Below, in pieces: positions 16,997-30,368 of a DNA stretch of 53,513 nucleotides (its first letter is position 1; every line of letters begins with the position of its first letter). The notes below the pieces were generated by a model that did not search any database, was not told the origin of the DNA, and was given only the letters and a program-made list of their open reading frames with translations. Both the position numbers and the translations under genes were made by a program. This DNA comes from Rhizobacter sp. GTDB taxonomy: Bacteria; Pseudomonadota; Gammaproteobacteria; Burkholderiales; Burkholderiaceae_C. Location: positions 1 through 53,513 of the forward strand of contig JANNKS010000051.1 of assembly GCA_031396425.1 (NCBI GenBank), given 5' to 3'.

Positions 16997-18631
16997 TCAA
17001 GTGTCGCCCTTGGCGGCAGGCGCGGGCTTGAACAGGGATTCGCACACGCCGCGTTGCGGGTCGGCGTTGGGCAATTGGGCGCACACCGCATCCAACCGCG
17101 ACTGCAGCCGCTCCAGCACGGCCGCATGGGTGCGTTCCTTGTTCCAGGTCTGCAGGCCCTTGCCGACGCGTTGCCAGGACCGCGCGCTGCGTTCGTAGAA
17201 AGGGTTCGTCTGCTGTGCGGTTTCACCGAGCAAGCCGAGCACCGCCTTTTCGATGCGGGTTTCATCACCGGGCGACAGTTCGATCAGCGCATTCACATAA
17301 CTCGCCCCCCATTGCAGCCGGGTCGCCGGCCCTTCGCTCTTGTCGAAAGCCGCTTCCGACCAGCGCAACGCGCCGGCCTTGTCGCCGCGTTTCCTGGCGT
17401 TGCTCGACAGCTCCGACATCAGGTAGTAGGGCGAATGGCTCTTTGCCAGGTTGGCGCTCAGCAGGGCATCCGATTCGTCGAGCAGGCCGGCCTGCTGCAT
17501 CACATAGCCGGCGAACGGAATCACCGCCTGGCGTTCATGGCCGTCGCTGATGTCACGATCGGCAGCCGCCACATGCGCGCGCACATCGGCGAGCAGCGTT
17601 TCGGCCACAGGTTCGATGCTCTCCTTCAGGCGATCGATGCGCGCCAGCTCGACGCGCGCATGGAGCGCCGTCAACCGGTCCGCGCGCGACAAGCTGGAGT
17701 CCGCTTCGAAGCCCTTCAGCGCGATTTCGAACGCACCGAGCAGGCGGCGACGCTGCGCCGTGTCGGGTGCGCTGAGCGCGCTCACCAGCTCGCTGGCGCT
17801 GCTGCCCAGCACGTCCATCTGCGCGCGCGCCGCAGCGGCGTCGCCGAGCAGCCGGAGCAAGCGCTGCGTAGCGGCTTCGTCGAGCGGCAAGCCGGGCGAT
17901 GCCTTGGCGGCGGCCACCGACTTGAGCCACAGGCGGGTCGCGACGTCGGCCGGCTCGGCCGGGCAGGCGCCGGCGATTTGTTTGAGCAGCGCCGGCAGCT
18001 CGGCCTTGGCCATCAGCTGCTGTTCGTCGGTGTCCCACGAGTAGAACGCCAACAGGCGCCAGTCATTCGCGCTCAGGCCCTTGCCGCCGGCGCGCGCGTC
18101 GGCCAGCACCGCGGTCACGGGACGCTGCGCGTTCATCGACAGCGTCAGCACCTGGGTGTATTGCGCCGCGTCGACCTCACCCGGCAGGCGCGTGAGTTCG
18201 GTACCCTGGGCGTTGAACATCACCATCGTCGGGTAGCCGCGCACCTTGTAGCGCGCACCGAGCTTTTGCGCCCCCGGGCTGTCGCCGTCGATGTAGACCG
18301 GCACGAAGGCGCGCGATCGTTCGATGAAGTCCTGCCGGTTGAACAGCGTCGCCTGGAGCTGGTTGCACGGCGGGCACCATTTGGCGCCCCAGTAGAGGAA
18401 CAGCGGCTTGTTCGCCTTGGCCGCCTGCGCGAACGCCGCGTCGACGTCCGCCTCGCTGACCGCCTTTTGCCAGGCGATGCCGGGTTCGGCGACTGAAGCA
18501 CTGACCTGGGCGCTGGGATTCCCGGCGGCCGTCGGTGCCCCAGCCGAGGCATCGTCTCTCGGGCGCGAGCACGACGCCAGACCTGCGGCCACGGCCAGCA
18601 CGGCGATCAACGGGCGGCTCGGTCGAATCAT
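16997..18631 (-). CDS. Thioredoxin-fold lipoprotein with a long helical C-terminal region
   Basis: The ATG at 18631 gives 'MIRPSRPLIAVLAVAAGLASC', a lipoprotein signal. The thioredoxin-like block is 'KPLFLYWGAKWCPPCNQL' (CxxC). The remaining ~400 aa are Ala/Leu-rich and helical. Confidence 0.7.
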   Translation of the reverse strand: MIRPSRPLIAVLAVAAGLASCSRPRDDASAGAPTAAGNPSAQVSASVAEPGIAWQKAVSEADVDAAFAQAAKANKPLFLYWGAKWCPPCNQLQATLFNRQDFIERSRAFVPVYIDGDSPGAQKLGARYKVRGYPTMVMFNAQGTELTRLPGEVDAAQYTQVLTLSMNAQRPVTAVLADARAGGKGLSANDWRLLAFYSWDTDEQQLMAKAELPALLKQIAGACPAEPADVATRLWLKSVAAAKASPGLPLDEAATQRLLRLLGDAAAARAQMDVLGSSASELVSALSAPDTAQRRRLLGAFEIALKGFEADSSLSRADRLTALHARVELARIDRLKESIEPVAETLLADVRAHVAAADRDISDGHERQAVIPFAGYVMQQAGLLDESDALLSANLAKSHSPYYLMSELSSNARKRGDKAGALRWSEAAFDKSEGPATRLQWGASYVNALIELSPGDETRIEKAVLGLLGETAQQTNPFYERSARSWQRVGKGLQTWNKERTHAAVLERLQSRLDAVCAQLPNADPQRGVCESLFKPAPAAKGDT

Positions 18632-18731
18632 GGCGGGGCGCTGGAGTGGGGCAGGCGAAGGAGCGTACACGGTTTCCCGGCGCCCGGCGCTGGTGTTTGC
18701 GCGTTTCACTCGAGCGCTTCGGTCGACCGCT

Positions 18732-19673
18732 TCAATCGACCGGGGCAGGCGCCTCGCGCACTGTCTCGAGCACGGTGTCGAGTTGCGGGTCGCGCGGCGC
18801 ACGCGAGCTGAACTGCGCCAGCGCCACGCCGGCCAGCGTGACCGCTGCGCCACCCAGCTTGATGGCGGTGTAGCTCTCGCCGGTCAGCGCCCATGCGACC
18901 AGGCCGGCCACCGGCGGCATCAGGTACATGAAGGGCGCCGTTCGCGCCACACCGCGCACCGCGTTGACCCAGCCCCACACCAGCCAGCCGAGAAAGGCCG
19001 ACACCAACACCGCCCAGAGCGTGCCGGCCCAGGTTGCGGCGCCAACCTCGGCCCACGGCACCGCCAGGCCGGCCGGGGCGCTGACCAGCAGCACCGGCGC
19101 GCTGCCGAGCAGGACGGCATAGGTCATCACGGTCACACCGCCGAGCCGCTCGATCAGCGGCTTGGCAGCGACGGTGTAGTACGAAAAGAACGACGCCGCG
19201 ACCAGCAAGGTCAGGTCACCCAGGCCGGCTTGCCAGCGCCCGCCGAGCAGCTTGTCGGACAGGAACAGCAGAACCCCCAGACACGCCACGCCGACCCCGG
19301 CGATCTGGCCGCGCGCCAGGTGCTCGATGCCGTGCCAGCGCAGGATGAGCAGCGTGAACACCGGCCCGCAGGCGAGGATCAGCGAACTAGAAAACGCGGT
19401 CGACCAGTGGATGCCATAGGTCACCATGCCAACATGTATGAGGTGGCCTGCCAGGCCCAGTTTGAGCAGTGCGAACAGGTCGCTGCGCGACACGCTCGGC
19501 CAATGCCGTCCGTGCCGCGAAAACAGCAGCGCGGCAGCCGCGATCGGCATGATCAGGTAGCGGATGAACAGGAATCCGCCGGGCGACAGCGTCTCGAACA
19601 CCGCCTTCTGCACACTGAAGTTGGCGCCCCAGACGAGCACCAGCAACAACGCAGCCCAGAGCGCGCGCCGCAT
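18732..19673 (-). CDS. DMT-superfamily (EamA-like) transporter
   Basis: The ATG at 19673 gives 'MRRALWAALLLVLVWGANFSVQK', followed by about 10 hydrophobic helices in two EamA-like halves. Confidence 0.8.
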   Translation of the reverse strand: MRRALWAALLLVLVWGANFSVQKAVFETLSPGGFLFIRYLIMPIAAAALLFSRHGRHWPSVSRSDLFALLKLGLAGHLIHVGMVTYGIHWSTAFSSSLILACGPVFTLLILRWHGIEHLARGQIAGVGVACLGVLLFLSDKLLGGRWQAGLGDLTLLVAASFFSYYTVAAKPLIERLGGVTVMTYAVLLGSAPVLLVSAPAGLAVPWAEVGAATWAGTLWAVLVSAFLGWLVWGWVNAVRGVARTAPFMYLMPPVAGLVAWALTGESYTAIKLGGAAVTLAGVALAQFSSRAPRDPQLDTVLETVREAPAPVD

Positions 19674-19782
19674 CCGCACACGCTGCTGGGCGGCGGAGAA
19701 TTCGTGCGGCTGAATTGGCGCAGCGGAGTTGGCGTTGGGCACGGTTTGCGCCGGGCTGGGAGATTCGGCGCTCACAGATCGC

Positions 19783-23684
<3,902 letters not shown>

Positions 23685-23695
<11 letters not shown>

Positions 23696-23759
23696 AACTG
23701 ACCAGATCGGCGCTAATTGATCGCTTTCCTACTGCACTTTGTAGTCCTATGCTTACCAG
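23685..23759. promoter_or_regulatory. Perfect 12-bp inverted repeat pair in the lysR / DUF1127 divergent region (candidate LysR operator)
   Basis: CTGGTAAGCATA (23685-23696) and TATGCTTACCAG (23748-23759) are exact reverse complements. Their centres are 63 bp apart. The left arm covers the first lysR ATG, and the right arm lies 25 nt upstream of the DUF1127 ATG. Confidence 0.4.
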
Positions 23760-23783
23760 AGTCCGATATCCAGGAGCTTCCTC

Positions 23784-24074
23784 ATGCACCCCACCACCGC
23801 TCCCAATTCGACCGCAGCGCTGCATCGCGGCCTGCAACAGGGCTGGCGCGAGCTGACGCTCGCGGTGCAGCGCGCCGTCCAGGCGCTTGTCTTGGCCCGG
23901 CGTGAAGCCGTGCAACGCCAACAGGCGTGGCACCGCCGGCGTGCCGTCGCGCACTTGAGTGCGCACCTGTTGAACGACATCGGCGCCGAGCCCGAATTGC
24001 TCGCGTACGCCGAAGCGCAGCGCCGGCTCGAAGAACTGCGCACCAAGGCGCTGTGGGTGAACTCCGGCAGTTGA
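23784..24074 (+). CDS. DUF1127-like small Arg-rich protein
   Basis: 96 aa, with AGGAG 7 nt upstream. 'RRAVAHLSAHLLNDIGAEPELL' resembles the DUF1127 core ('L..LsD..L.DIG'). Confidence 0.6.
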   Translation: MHPTTAPNSTAALHRGLQQGWRELTLAVQRAVQALVLARREAVQRQQAWHRRRAVAHLSAHLLNDIGAEPELLAYAEAQRRLEELRTKALWVNSGS

Positions 24075-24287
24075 GGCTCCAGGCGCGCCACGGCGCGAGC
24101 CAATGCGGCGCACCGGGTTCGGCCGGAGGAATCGAGAAGGGTGGGCTGCACATCCCTGCCGGGCCCGCCCCTGGACAGGGTCGAGGGCCATTCGGGCCGC
24201 TGGCCCAGCCTTCGCGAGGTGCCCCACTATCATGATGTGACATTCAGCCGGGCATCTCTCCGGCGAGCTTCAAGCCCACCGTCCGTC

Positions 24288-25427
24288 ATGCCGATTCATC
24301 CCTTCCGGGCTCGCCTGGTGCCCTGCCTGCTTGCGCTGGTGACCCTCGCCGCTCCGCACGCCCCGGCTGCTGCCGCCGACGACAAACAAAGCCCCACTGT
24401 GCGGCCGGCGCTCAGCGTCAATGTGGTACAGCCGCAGCGCACGCCGTTGACACTGCGCCTGAATGCGAACGGCAACATCGCCGCTTGGCAGGAGGCCAGC
24501 GTCGGCACCGAGGCGAACGGCCTGCGCCTGGCCGAGGTGAAGGTGAATGTCGGTGATGTCGTCAAACGTGGCCAGTTGCTGGCCAGCTTCGCCCCCGAGA
24601 TGCTGCAGGCGGAGCTCGATCAGACGGGCGCGGCGGTGGCCGAGGCCGAAGCGGTGCTGGCCGAAGCCACTGCGAACGCCCAACGGGCGCGCGAGCTTCA
24701 ACCCACGGGCGTGCTCAGCGCCCAACAGACGAACCAGATCCTCACCGCCGAGCGCACCGCGCAGGCGCGCCTGGAGGCACAGCGCGCAGCCATCAAGGTG
24801 CAGCAACTGCGCCTGCGCCAGACCCAGGTGCTGGCGCCCGACGACGGCATCATCTCATCGCGCAACGCCACCGTGGGCGCCGTCATTCCGGCCGGCCAGG
24901 AACTGTTCCGCCTGATCCGCAAAGGCCGGCTCGAGTGGCGCGGCGAGGTGAACGCCACCCAGATCGCGCGCCTGCGCCCCGGCATGGCCGTGACGGTGAC
25001 ACCGGCCAACCTGCCGCCCATTCAAGGCCGGGTTCGGGTCGTGGCACCGACCGTGGACCCCCAGACACGCAACGCCTTGGTCTATGTCGACCTGGCCGCG
25101 CCCGGTGGCGCGCGCCTGGGCATGTTCGCGGCCGGCGAAATCGATCTGGGCAGCGCGCCCGGGCTGACCTTGCCGCAAGGCGCGGTGCAGCTGCGCGACG
25201 GCTTCAGCACCGTGATGCGGGTGGGCGCCGATTCGAAGGTCACGCTGACCAAGGTGGGCACCGGGCGGCGCATCGCCGACCGCATCGAAATCACTTCCGG
25301 CCTGGACGGCAGCGAGCGCGTGGTGGCCGCCGGTGGCGCATTCCTGGGCGATGGTGACCTGGTGCGCGTCGTCGATGGCGCCCCTCCAGCCGCGCCATCG
25401 GCGCGCAGCGTTGCGCCGGCCCAATGA
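24288..25427 (+). CDS. Efflux RND transporter periplasmic adaptor (membrane-fusion protein)
   Basis: The ATG at 24288 gives the signal-like 'MPIHPFRARLVPCLLALVTLAAPHAPAAAA'. The lipoyl/hairpin blocks 'VNVGDVVKRGQLLA' and 'VLAPDDGIISSRNATVGAVI' are typical of HlyD/AcrA-family adaptors. Confidence 0.85.
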   Translation: MPIHPFRARLVPCLLALVTLAAPHAPAAAADDKQSPTVRPALSVNVVQPQRTPLTLRLNANGNIAAWQEASVGTEANGLRLAEVKVNVGDVVKRGQLLASFAPEMLQAELDQTGAAVAEAEAVLAEATANAQRARELQPTGVLSAQQTNQILTAERTAQARLEAQRAAIKVQQLRLRQTQVLAPDDGIISSRNATVGAVIPAGQELFRLIRKGRLEWRGEVNATQIARLRPGMAVTVTPANLPPIQGRVRVVAPTVDPQTRNALVYVDLAAPGGARLGMFAAGEIDLGSAPGLTLPQGAVQLRDGFSTVMRVGADSKVTLTKVGTGRRIADRIEITSGLDGSERVVAAGGAFLGDGDLVRVVDGAPPAAPSARSVAPAQ

Positions 25428-25455
25428 GCCGGCTGAGCCGACGGTCCGTCGCGCC

Positions 25456-28400
25456 ATGAACGTCTCGTCCTGGTCGATCCGCAATCCGACGCCGTCGGTG
25501 CTGCTGTTCGTCATGCTCACGCTGATCGGCCTGATGAGTTTTCGGGCCATGAAGATCCAGAACTTTCCGGACATCGACCTGCCCACCGTGACCGTGAGTG
25601 CGGCCTTGCCGGGCGCTGCACCGGCGCAGCTGGAAACCGAGGTGGCGCGCCGGATTGAAAACTCGGTGGCCTCGGTGCAGGGCGTGAAGCACATCTACAC
25701 CAAGGTGCTCGACGGTCTCGTCACCGTCACGGTCGAGTTCCGTCTTGAAAAACCGACCCAGGAGGCGCTCGACGACGTGCGCGACGCGGTGGCGCGCATC
25801 CGCTCGGACCTGCCCGGTGACCTGCGCGACCCGGTCGTGACCAAGATGGACCTGGCCGGCTCGCCGTTTCTCACCTATGCGGTGGCTTCGACACGCATGG
25901 ACGACGAGGCCCTGAGCTGGTTCGTCGACAACAACGTGACCAAGGCCATGCTCAGCGTGCGCGGTGTCGGTGCCGTGGCTCGTGTGGGCGGCGTGACGCG
26001 CGAGGTGCGAGTCGAACTCGACCCGGTGTTGCTGCAATCGTACGGCGTCACCGCCGCCGAGATCTCGCGCCAGCTGCGCCTGACCCAGCAAGACGCCAGC
26101 GGCGGGCGCAGCGATGTGGGCGGCGCCGAACAGTCGGTGCGCACGATCGCCACCGTGCGCACGGCGGCCGAACTGGCGCAGATGGAAATTCTGCTGACGG
26201 GCAGCGGCAGCGCGCCGGCCAACGCGGGTGCACCGGGCGCCGGTGAAGGCCGGCGCATCCGCCTCGACCAGGTGGCGCGAGTGCTCGACACGGTCGCCGA
26301 ACGGCGTTCGGCGGCACTGCTCGACGGCCGGCCGGTGGTGGGTTTCGAGCTCACGCGCAGCCGCGGTGCAGGCGAAATCGAAACCGCCGCAGCGGTGCGC
26401 GCCGCGCTCGCCAAGCTGACCGCGGCGCACCCACAGATCAGCGTCACCGAATCGTTCAATTTCGTCGACCCGGTGCAGGAAGGCTATGACGGCTCGATGC
26501 TGCTGATGGCCGAAGGCGCCGTGCTGGCGGTGCTGGTGGTGTGGCTGTTCCTGCGCAACTGGCGCGCCACCCTCGTGGCGGCAACCGCGCTGCCGCTGTC
26601 GGTGATCCCGGCGTTCTGGGTGATGCACCAGTTCGGCTTCACGATCAATGTCATCACGCTGCTCAGCCTGTCACTCGTGGTGGGCATCCTGGTCGACGAC
26701 GCGATTGTCGAGATCGAGAACATCATGCGCCACCTGGCGATGGGCAAGACGCCGTTCCAGGCCGCAATGGAAGCGGCCGACGAGATCGGCCTCGCCGTGA
26801 TTGCGACCACCTTCACGCTGATCGCAGTTTTTCTGCCCACCGCCTTCATGGCCGGCGTGCCGGGTAAGTTCTTCGTGCAGTTCGGCTGGACCGCGGCGAT
26901 CGCGGTGTTCTTCTCGCTCGTCGTGGCGCGCATGCTCACGCCGATGATGGCGGCCTATGTGCTGCGCGCACCCAAGACGCCGCGCCCCGAGCCGAGCTGG
27001 ATGGCGCCCTACCTGCGCTGGGCGCGCTGGTGCCTGAAGCACCGCATCTGGACATCACTGGCGGCGCTCGTGTTTCTGGTCGGCTCGCTGGCGCTCGCGC
27101 CCTTGCTGGCGACCGGCTTCATTCCAGCCGACGACCTGTCGCAAACACAGGTCACGCTGACGTTGCCACCGGGCAGCACGCTGACACAATCGATCGAAGC
27201 GGCCGAAACGGCGCGCCGGATCATCACCGCCAACCCGCACGTCAAGCTGACCTACAGCGCCATCGGCGGCGGCAACGCCGGCAGCGACCCGTTCATCCCT
27301 TCAGGGGCCGCCGATGTGCGCAAAGCGACGCTGACCCTGAACCTGACGCCACGCCGCGAACGCCCCGGCCTGAGCAAACAGGCGCTCGAGGCGCAGCTGC
27401 GAAGCGCGCTCGAGGCCCTGCCCGGAGCGCGCGTGAAAGTGGGCTTTGGAGGCTCGGCCGAAAAATACATCCTCGTGCTGGCCGGCGAAGACGGGCGCGT
27501 GCTGGCTGACCATGCGCGCCAGGTCGAGCGCGAATTGCGATCCATCCCGGGCATCGGCGGCGTTTCGTCAAGTTCCAGCCTGGTGCGGCCCGAGCTGATC
27601 GTGCGGCCCGATTTCGCGCGCGCCGCCGACCGAGGCGTGACGTCGGCGGCGATCGCCGAAACGCTGCGCGTGGCGACCTCGGGCGACTACGACCAGAGCC
27701 TGGCCAAACTCAACCTCGCGCAGCGCCAGGTTCCGGTGGTGGTGCGCCTTCCCGCCGAAGCGCGCGCCGATCTGGAACTGCTGGCGCGTCTGTGGGTGCC
27801 CGGTACGCGCGGGCCGGTGATGCTCGGCGACGTGGCGACCCTGGCGATCGACAGCGGGCCGGTGGAGATCGACCGCTACGACCGGTTGCGCAACGTCAAC
27901 TTCGAAATCGAACTGAACCAGCAACCGCTGGGCGAAATCGAGGCCCTCGCGCTGGCACTGCCGAGCCTGAAGAACCTGCCGCCCGGCGTGATTCAGACCA
28001 GCATCGGTGACGCCGAAGCGATGGCGGAGCTGTTCGCAAGCTTCGGCCTGGCGATGCTCACCGGCGTGGTTTGCATCTACATCGTGCTGGTGCTGCTGTT
28101 CAAGGACTTCGTCCAGCCGGTCACGATCCTGGCCGCGCTCGTGCTGTCGATACCGGGCGCTTTCCTGGCGCTGTGGGTCACCAAGACCGCGGTGTCGATG
28201 CCGTCGATGATCGGCCTGATCATGCTGATGGGCATCGCGACCAAGAACTCGATCCTGCTGATCGAGTACGCCATCATGGCGAGGCGTGACTACAACATGT
28301 CACGTCTGGATGCACTTGTCGATGCTTGTCACAAACGGGCCCGGCCGATCGTGATGACGACGATTGCAATGGGCGCCGGCATGATGCCCATTGCCCTGGG

Positions 28401-28590
28401 TTGGGGGGTCGATCCGAGCTTCCGCTCGCCGATGGCGATCGTCGTGATCGGCGGATTGATCACCTCCACGTTCCTCAGCCTGCTCGTGATTCCGGTGCTG
28501 TTCACCTATGTCGACGACCTGGTGCAATGGCTCAAGCGACTTCTGCACCGACGGCCGGCAACGCCGGCATCGGCAAGTCCGCCGCGCTGA
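25456..28590 (+). CDS. RND-family efflux permease (AcrB/HAE-type)
   Basis: 1044 aa from the ATG at 25456. It has 'SWSIRNPTPSVLLFVMLTLIGLMSF', 12 predicted TM segments, two large periplasmic loops, and 'VGILVDDAIVEIENI' in TM4. Confidence 0.95.
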   Translation: MNVSSWSIRNPTPSVLLFVMLTLIGLMSFRAMKIQNFPDIDLPTVTVSAALPGAAPAQLETEVARRIENSVASVQGVKHIYTKVLDGLVTVTVEFRLEKPTQEALDDVRDAVARIRSDLPGDLRDPVVTKMDLAGSPFLTYAVASTRMDDEALSWFVDNNVTKAMLSVRGVGAVARVGGVTREVRVELDPVLLQSYGVTAAEISRQLRLTQQDASGGRSDVGGAEQSVRTIATVRTAAELAQMEILLTGSGSAPANAGAPGAGEGRRIRLDQVARVLDTVAERRSAALLDGRPVVGFELTRSRGAGEIETAAAVRAALAKLTAAHPQISVTESFNFVDPVQEGYDGSMLLMAEGAVLAVLVVWLFLRNWRATLVAATALPLSVIPAFWVMHQFGFTINVITLLSLSLVVGILVDDAIVEIENIMRHLAMGKTPFQAAMEAADEIGLAVIATTFTLIAVFLPTAFMAGVPGKFFVQFGWTAAIAVFFSLVVARMLTPMMAAYVLRAPKTPRPEPSWMAPYLRWARWCLKHRIWTSLAALVFLVGSLALAPLLATGFIPADDLSQTQVTLTLPPGSTLTQSIEAAETARRIITANPHVKLTYSAIGGGNAGSDPFIPSGAADVRKATLTLNLTPRRERPGLSKQALEAQLRSALEALPGARVKVGFGGSAEKYILVLAGEDGRVLADHARQVERELRSIPGIGGVSSSSSLVRPELIVRPDFARAADRGVTSAAIAETLRVATSGDYDQSLAKLNLAQRQVPVVVRLPAEARADLELLARLWVPGTRGPVMLGDVATLAIDSGPVEIDRYDRLRNVNFEIELNQQPLGEIEALALALPSLKNLPPGVIQTSIGDAEAMAELFASFGLAMLTGVVCIYIVLVLLFKDFVQPVTILAALVLSIPGAFLALWVTKTAVSMPSMIGLIMLMGIATKNSILLIEYAIMARRDYNMSRLDALVDACHKRARPIVMTTIAMGAGMMPIALGWGVDPSFRSPMAIVVIGGLITSTFLSLLVIPVLFTYVDDLVQWLKRLLHRRPATPASASPPR

Positions 28591-28640
28591 CGGAAATCGG
28601 CGGGCAAGGGCCCGGATTGGTGTGCAATCCTCACTCATAG

Positions 28641-28680
28641 CCCCCCCGACAAGGCCCTGCCCGCCCATCCCCGGGGGGGG
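28641..28680. repeat. Homopolymer pair: C7 (28641-28647) and CCCC+G8 (28669-28680)
   Basis: Read directly: 'cccccccgacaaggccctgcccgcccatccccgggggggg'. It sits in the 209-bp spacer between the RND and ParA-like genes. Confidence 0.9.
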
Positions 28681-28799
28681 CCGCACCGAGATGGCGATGG
28701 TTTAATCCGCTCAATTGCCCGGCTGACTCTTTCCGCCGGCCGGGCCGCAGGGCAGCTCAGCGGAAGTGAGGCGCACAGCGCGCACCGTCGGATACGCAC

Positions 28800-29711
28800 A
28801 TGCCAGTCATCGCAGTGGTGAATCGCAAGGGAGGCAGCGGCAAGAGCACGCTGGCCACCCACATTGCGAGCTATTGCGCCAACAACAAGATTCCCGTGAT
28901 GCTGGGCGACGTCGACCGCCAGCAGTCCACCCAGGCCTGGTTGCGTTTGCGCGGCTCGCATGCCAAAGCGACCCACCCGCCCATCATGGGTTGGGCGATC
29001 GACCCGAGAAATGTCTTGCGCGCACCGCCCGGCGTGTCACACGTGATTCTGGACACGCCCGGCGGCCTGCGCGGCCTCGACCTGGCGCGCGTGGTGGCGA
29101 TTGCCGACGCCATCCTGATGCCGGTGTGCAACTCGGTGTTCGACCGCGAATCGGCTGCCGACTGTTATGCCGAGCTGATGGCGCTGCCGCGCGTCGCCTC
29201 GGGCCGCTGCAAGGTGATGGCAGTGGGCATGCGGGTCGACTCGCGCACCAAGGCCGCAGAGGTGCTGGCCGCCTGGGCGCAGCAGCACAAGATTCCATTC
29301 GTCGGCGTGTTGCGCGACACCCAGGCGTATGTGCGCTGCGTCGAACGCGGCCTCACCCTGTTCGACCTGCCTGCCACCCACGTGCGCACCGACATGGCGC
29401 AGTGGCAGCCCATTCTCGAGTGGCTTCACCCTGTTTTGCACCCGGTGGCACGCGCGGCCGAACCGGCGAAGCAACGTGTCGTGCGGCCTTGCTACGTGCC
29501 CACGCCGTCAAGCTTCAACGGCCTGAACTCCGCGTCGCCCATCATTGCGGCGCCGCCCAGCCCGGCGCGGCCCGCGCCGATCAGCCTGGTGCCTGTGTCC
29601 ACCAAGGAGTTGCTGCGCGCCGAGCCCGCAGCCCGGCCCAGCCTGGCGAGCCGCTTCAGCCGCCTGCTCGACCTGCTGCCTTCAGCCCGCGCCCTGCACC
29701 GCGGCGCATAG
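28800..29711 (+). CDS. Orphan ParA/VirC1-like P-loop ATPase with a Pro/Ala-rich C-terminal tail
   Basis: The deviant Walker A is 'NRKGGSGKSTLA', with 'GDVDRQQSTQAW' and 'ILDTPGG'. About 210 aa form the ATPase domain, followed by ~90 aa of low-complexity tail ('PIIAAPPSPARPAPISLVPV'). No parB, parS or replication gene lies nearby. Confidence 0.85.
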   Translation: MPVIAVVNRKGGSGKSTLATHIASYCANNKIPVMLGDVDRQQSTQAWLRLRGSHAKATHPPIMGWAIDPRNVLRAPPGVSHVILDTPGGLRGLDLARVVAIADAILMPVCNSVFDRESAADCYAELMALPRVASGRCKVMAVGMRVDSRTKAAEVLAAWAQQHKIPFVGVLRDTQAYVRCVERGLTLFDLPATHVRTDMAQWQPILEWLHPVLHPVARAAEPAKQRVVRPCYVPTPSSFNGLNSASPIIAAPPSPARPAPISLVPVSTKELLRAEPAARPSLASRFSRLLDLLPSARALHRGA

Positions 29712-30368
29712 CCGATTTCGGTCGGGTAGCGGGTCGCCTTGCGCGGCGCAACGCTGACGCACGCAGTCCGACAATTTCGCGATCCGGCAACGCTGCATCG
29801 CCGCCAGCAGCGTGTGGCTGACGTCCGCAGCGCCCAGTTCGTCAGCGAAGCGGGCCCGCACATCCGAGCGCATCCTCAGCAGCAGATGCGCTGTCGTCTC
29901 GGCGTCGGCCAAGGCGCGGTGGGCGCGGCCGGTGTCGGGCAAACCGTGCCACGCGGCCAGTGTGCCGAGTCGATGGTTCGGCGCCTGCGGATAGAGCCGC
30001 CGCGCCAAGAGCACGGTACACGCCATCGCGGGTGGTTCAACGTTTCCGACCTCGGCGAGCGACATTTCCGCGCACCAGTAGGCACGGTCAAAAGCGGCGT
30101 TGTGCGCGACCAGAGGGCAGCCGCGCGTGAAGCGCGCGACTTCGTGCATGACCGCACGCGCGGGCGGGGCCGCTTGCAGCATGCGGTTGCTGATGCCGGT
30201 CAACTGTTCGATGAAGGGCGGCACCCAGGCTCCGCTGTTCATCAGGCTTTGAAATCGGGCCACGATGGTTTCGCCCTCGACCAGCACCACCGCAATTTCG
30301 GTGGCGCGCCCGCCGCTGGAGGGCGACATGCCGGTGGTTTCGAAATCGATGACAGCAATGGTTTCCAT
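29682..30368 (-). CDS. DEDDh 3'-5' exonuclease (DnaQ / Pol III epsilon-like)
   Basis: The ATG at 30368 gives 'METIAVIDFETTG' (ExoI), 'LVAHNAAFDRAYW' (ExoII) and 'HRALADAETTAHLL' (ExoIII). The product is 228 aa. The upstream part of the 415-aa ORF is non-protein-like. Confidence 0.85.
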   Translation of the reverse strand: METIAVIDFETTGMSPSSGGRATEIAVVLVEGETIVARFQSLMNSGAWVPPFIEQLTGISNRMLQAAPPARAVMHEVARFTRGCPLVAHNAAFDRAYWCAEMSLAEVGNVEPPAMACTVLLARRLYPQAPNHRLGTLAAWHGLPDTGRAHRALADAETTAHLLLRMRSDVRARFADELGAADVSHTLLAAMQRCRIAKLSDCVRQRCAAQGDPLPDRNRLCAAVQGAG

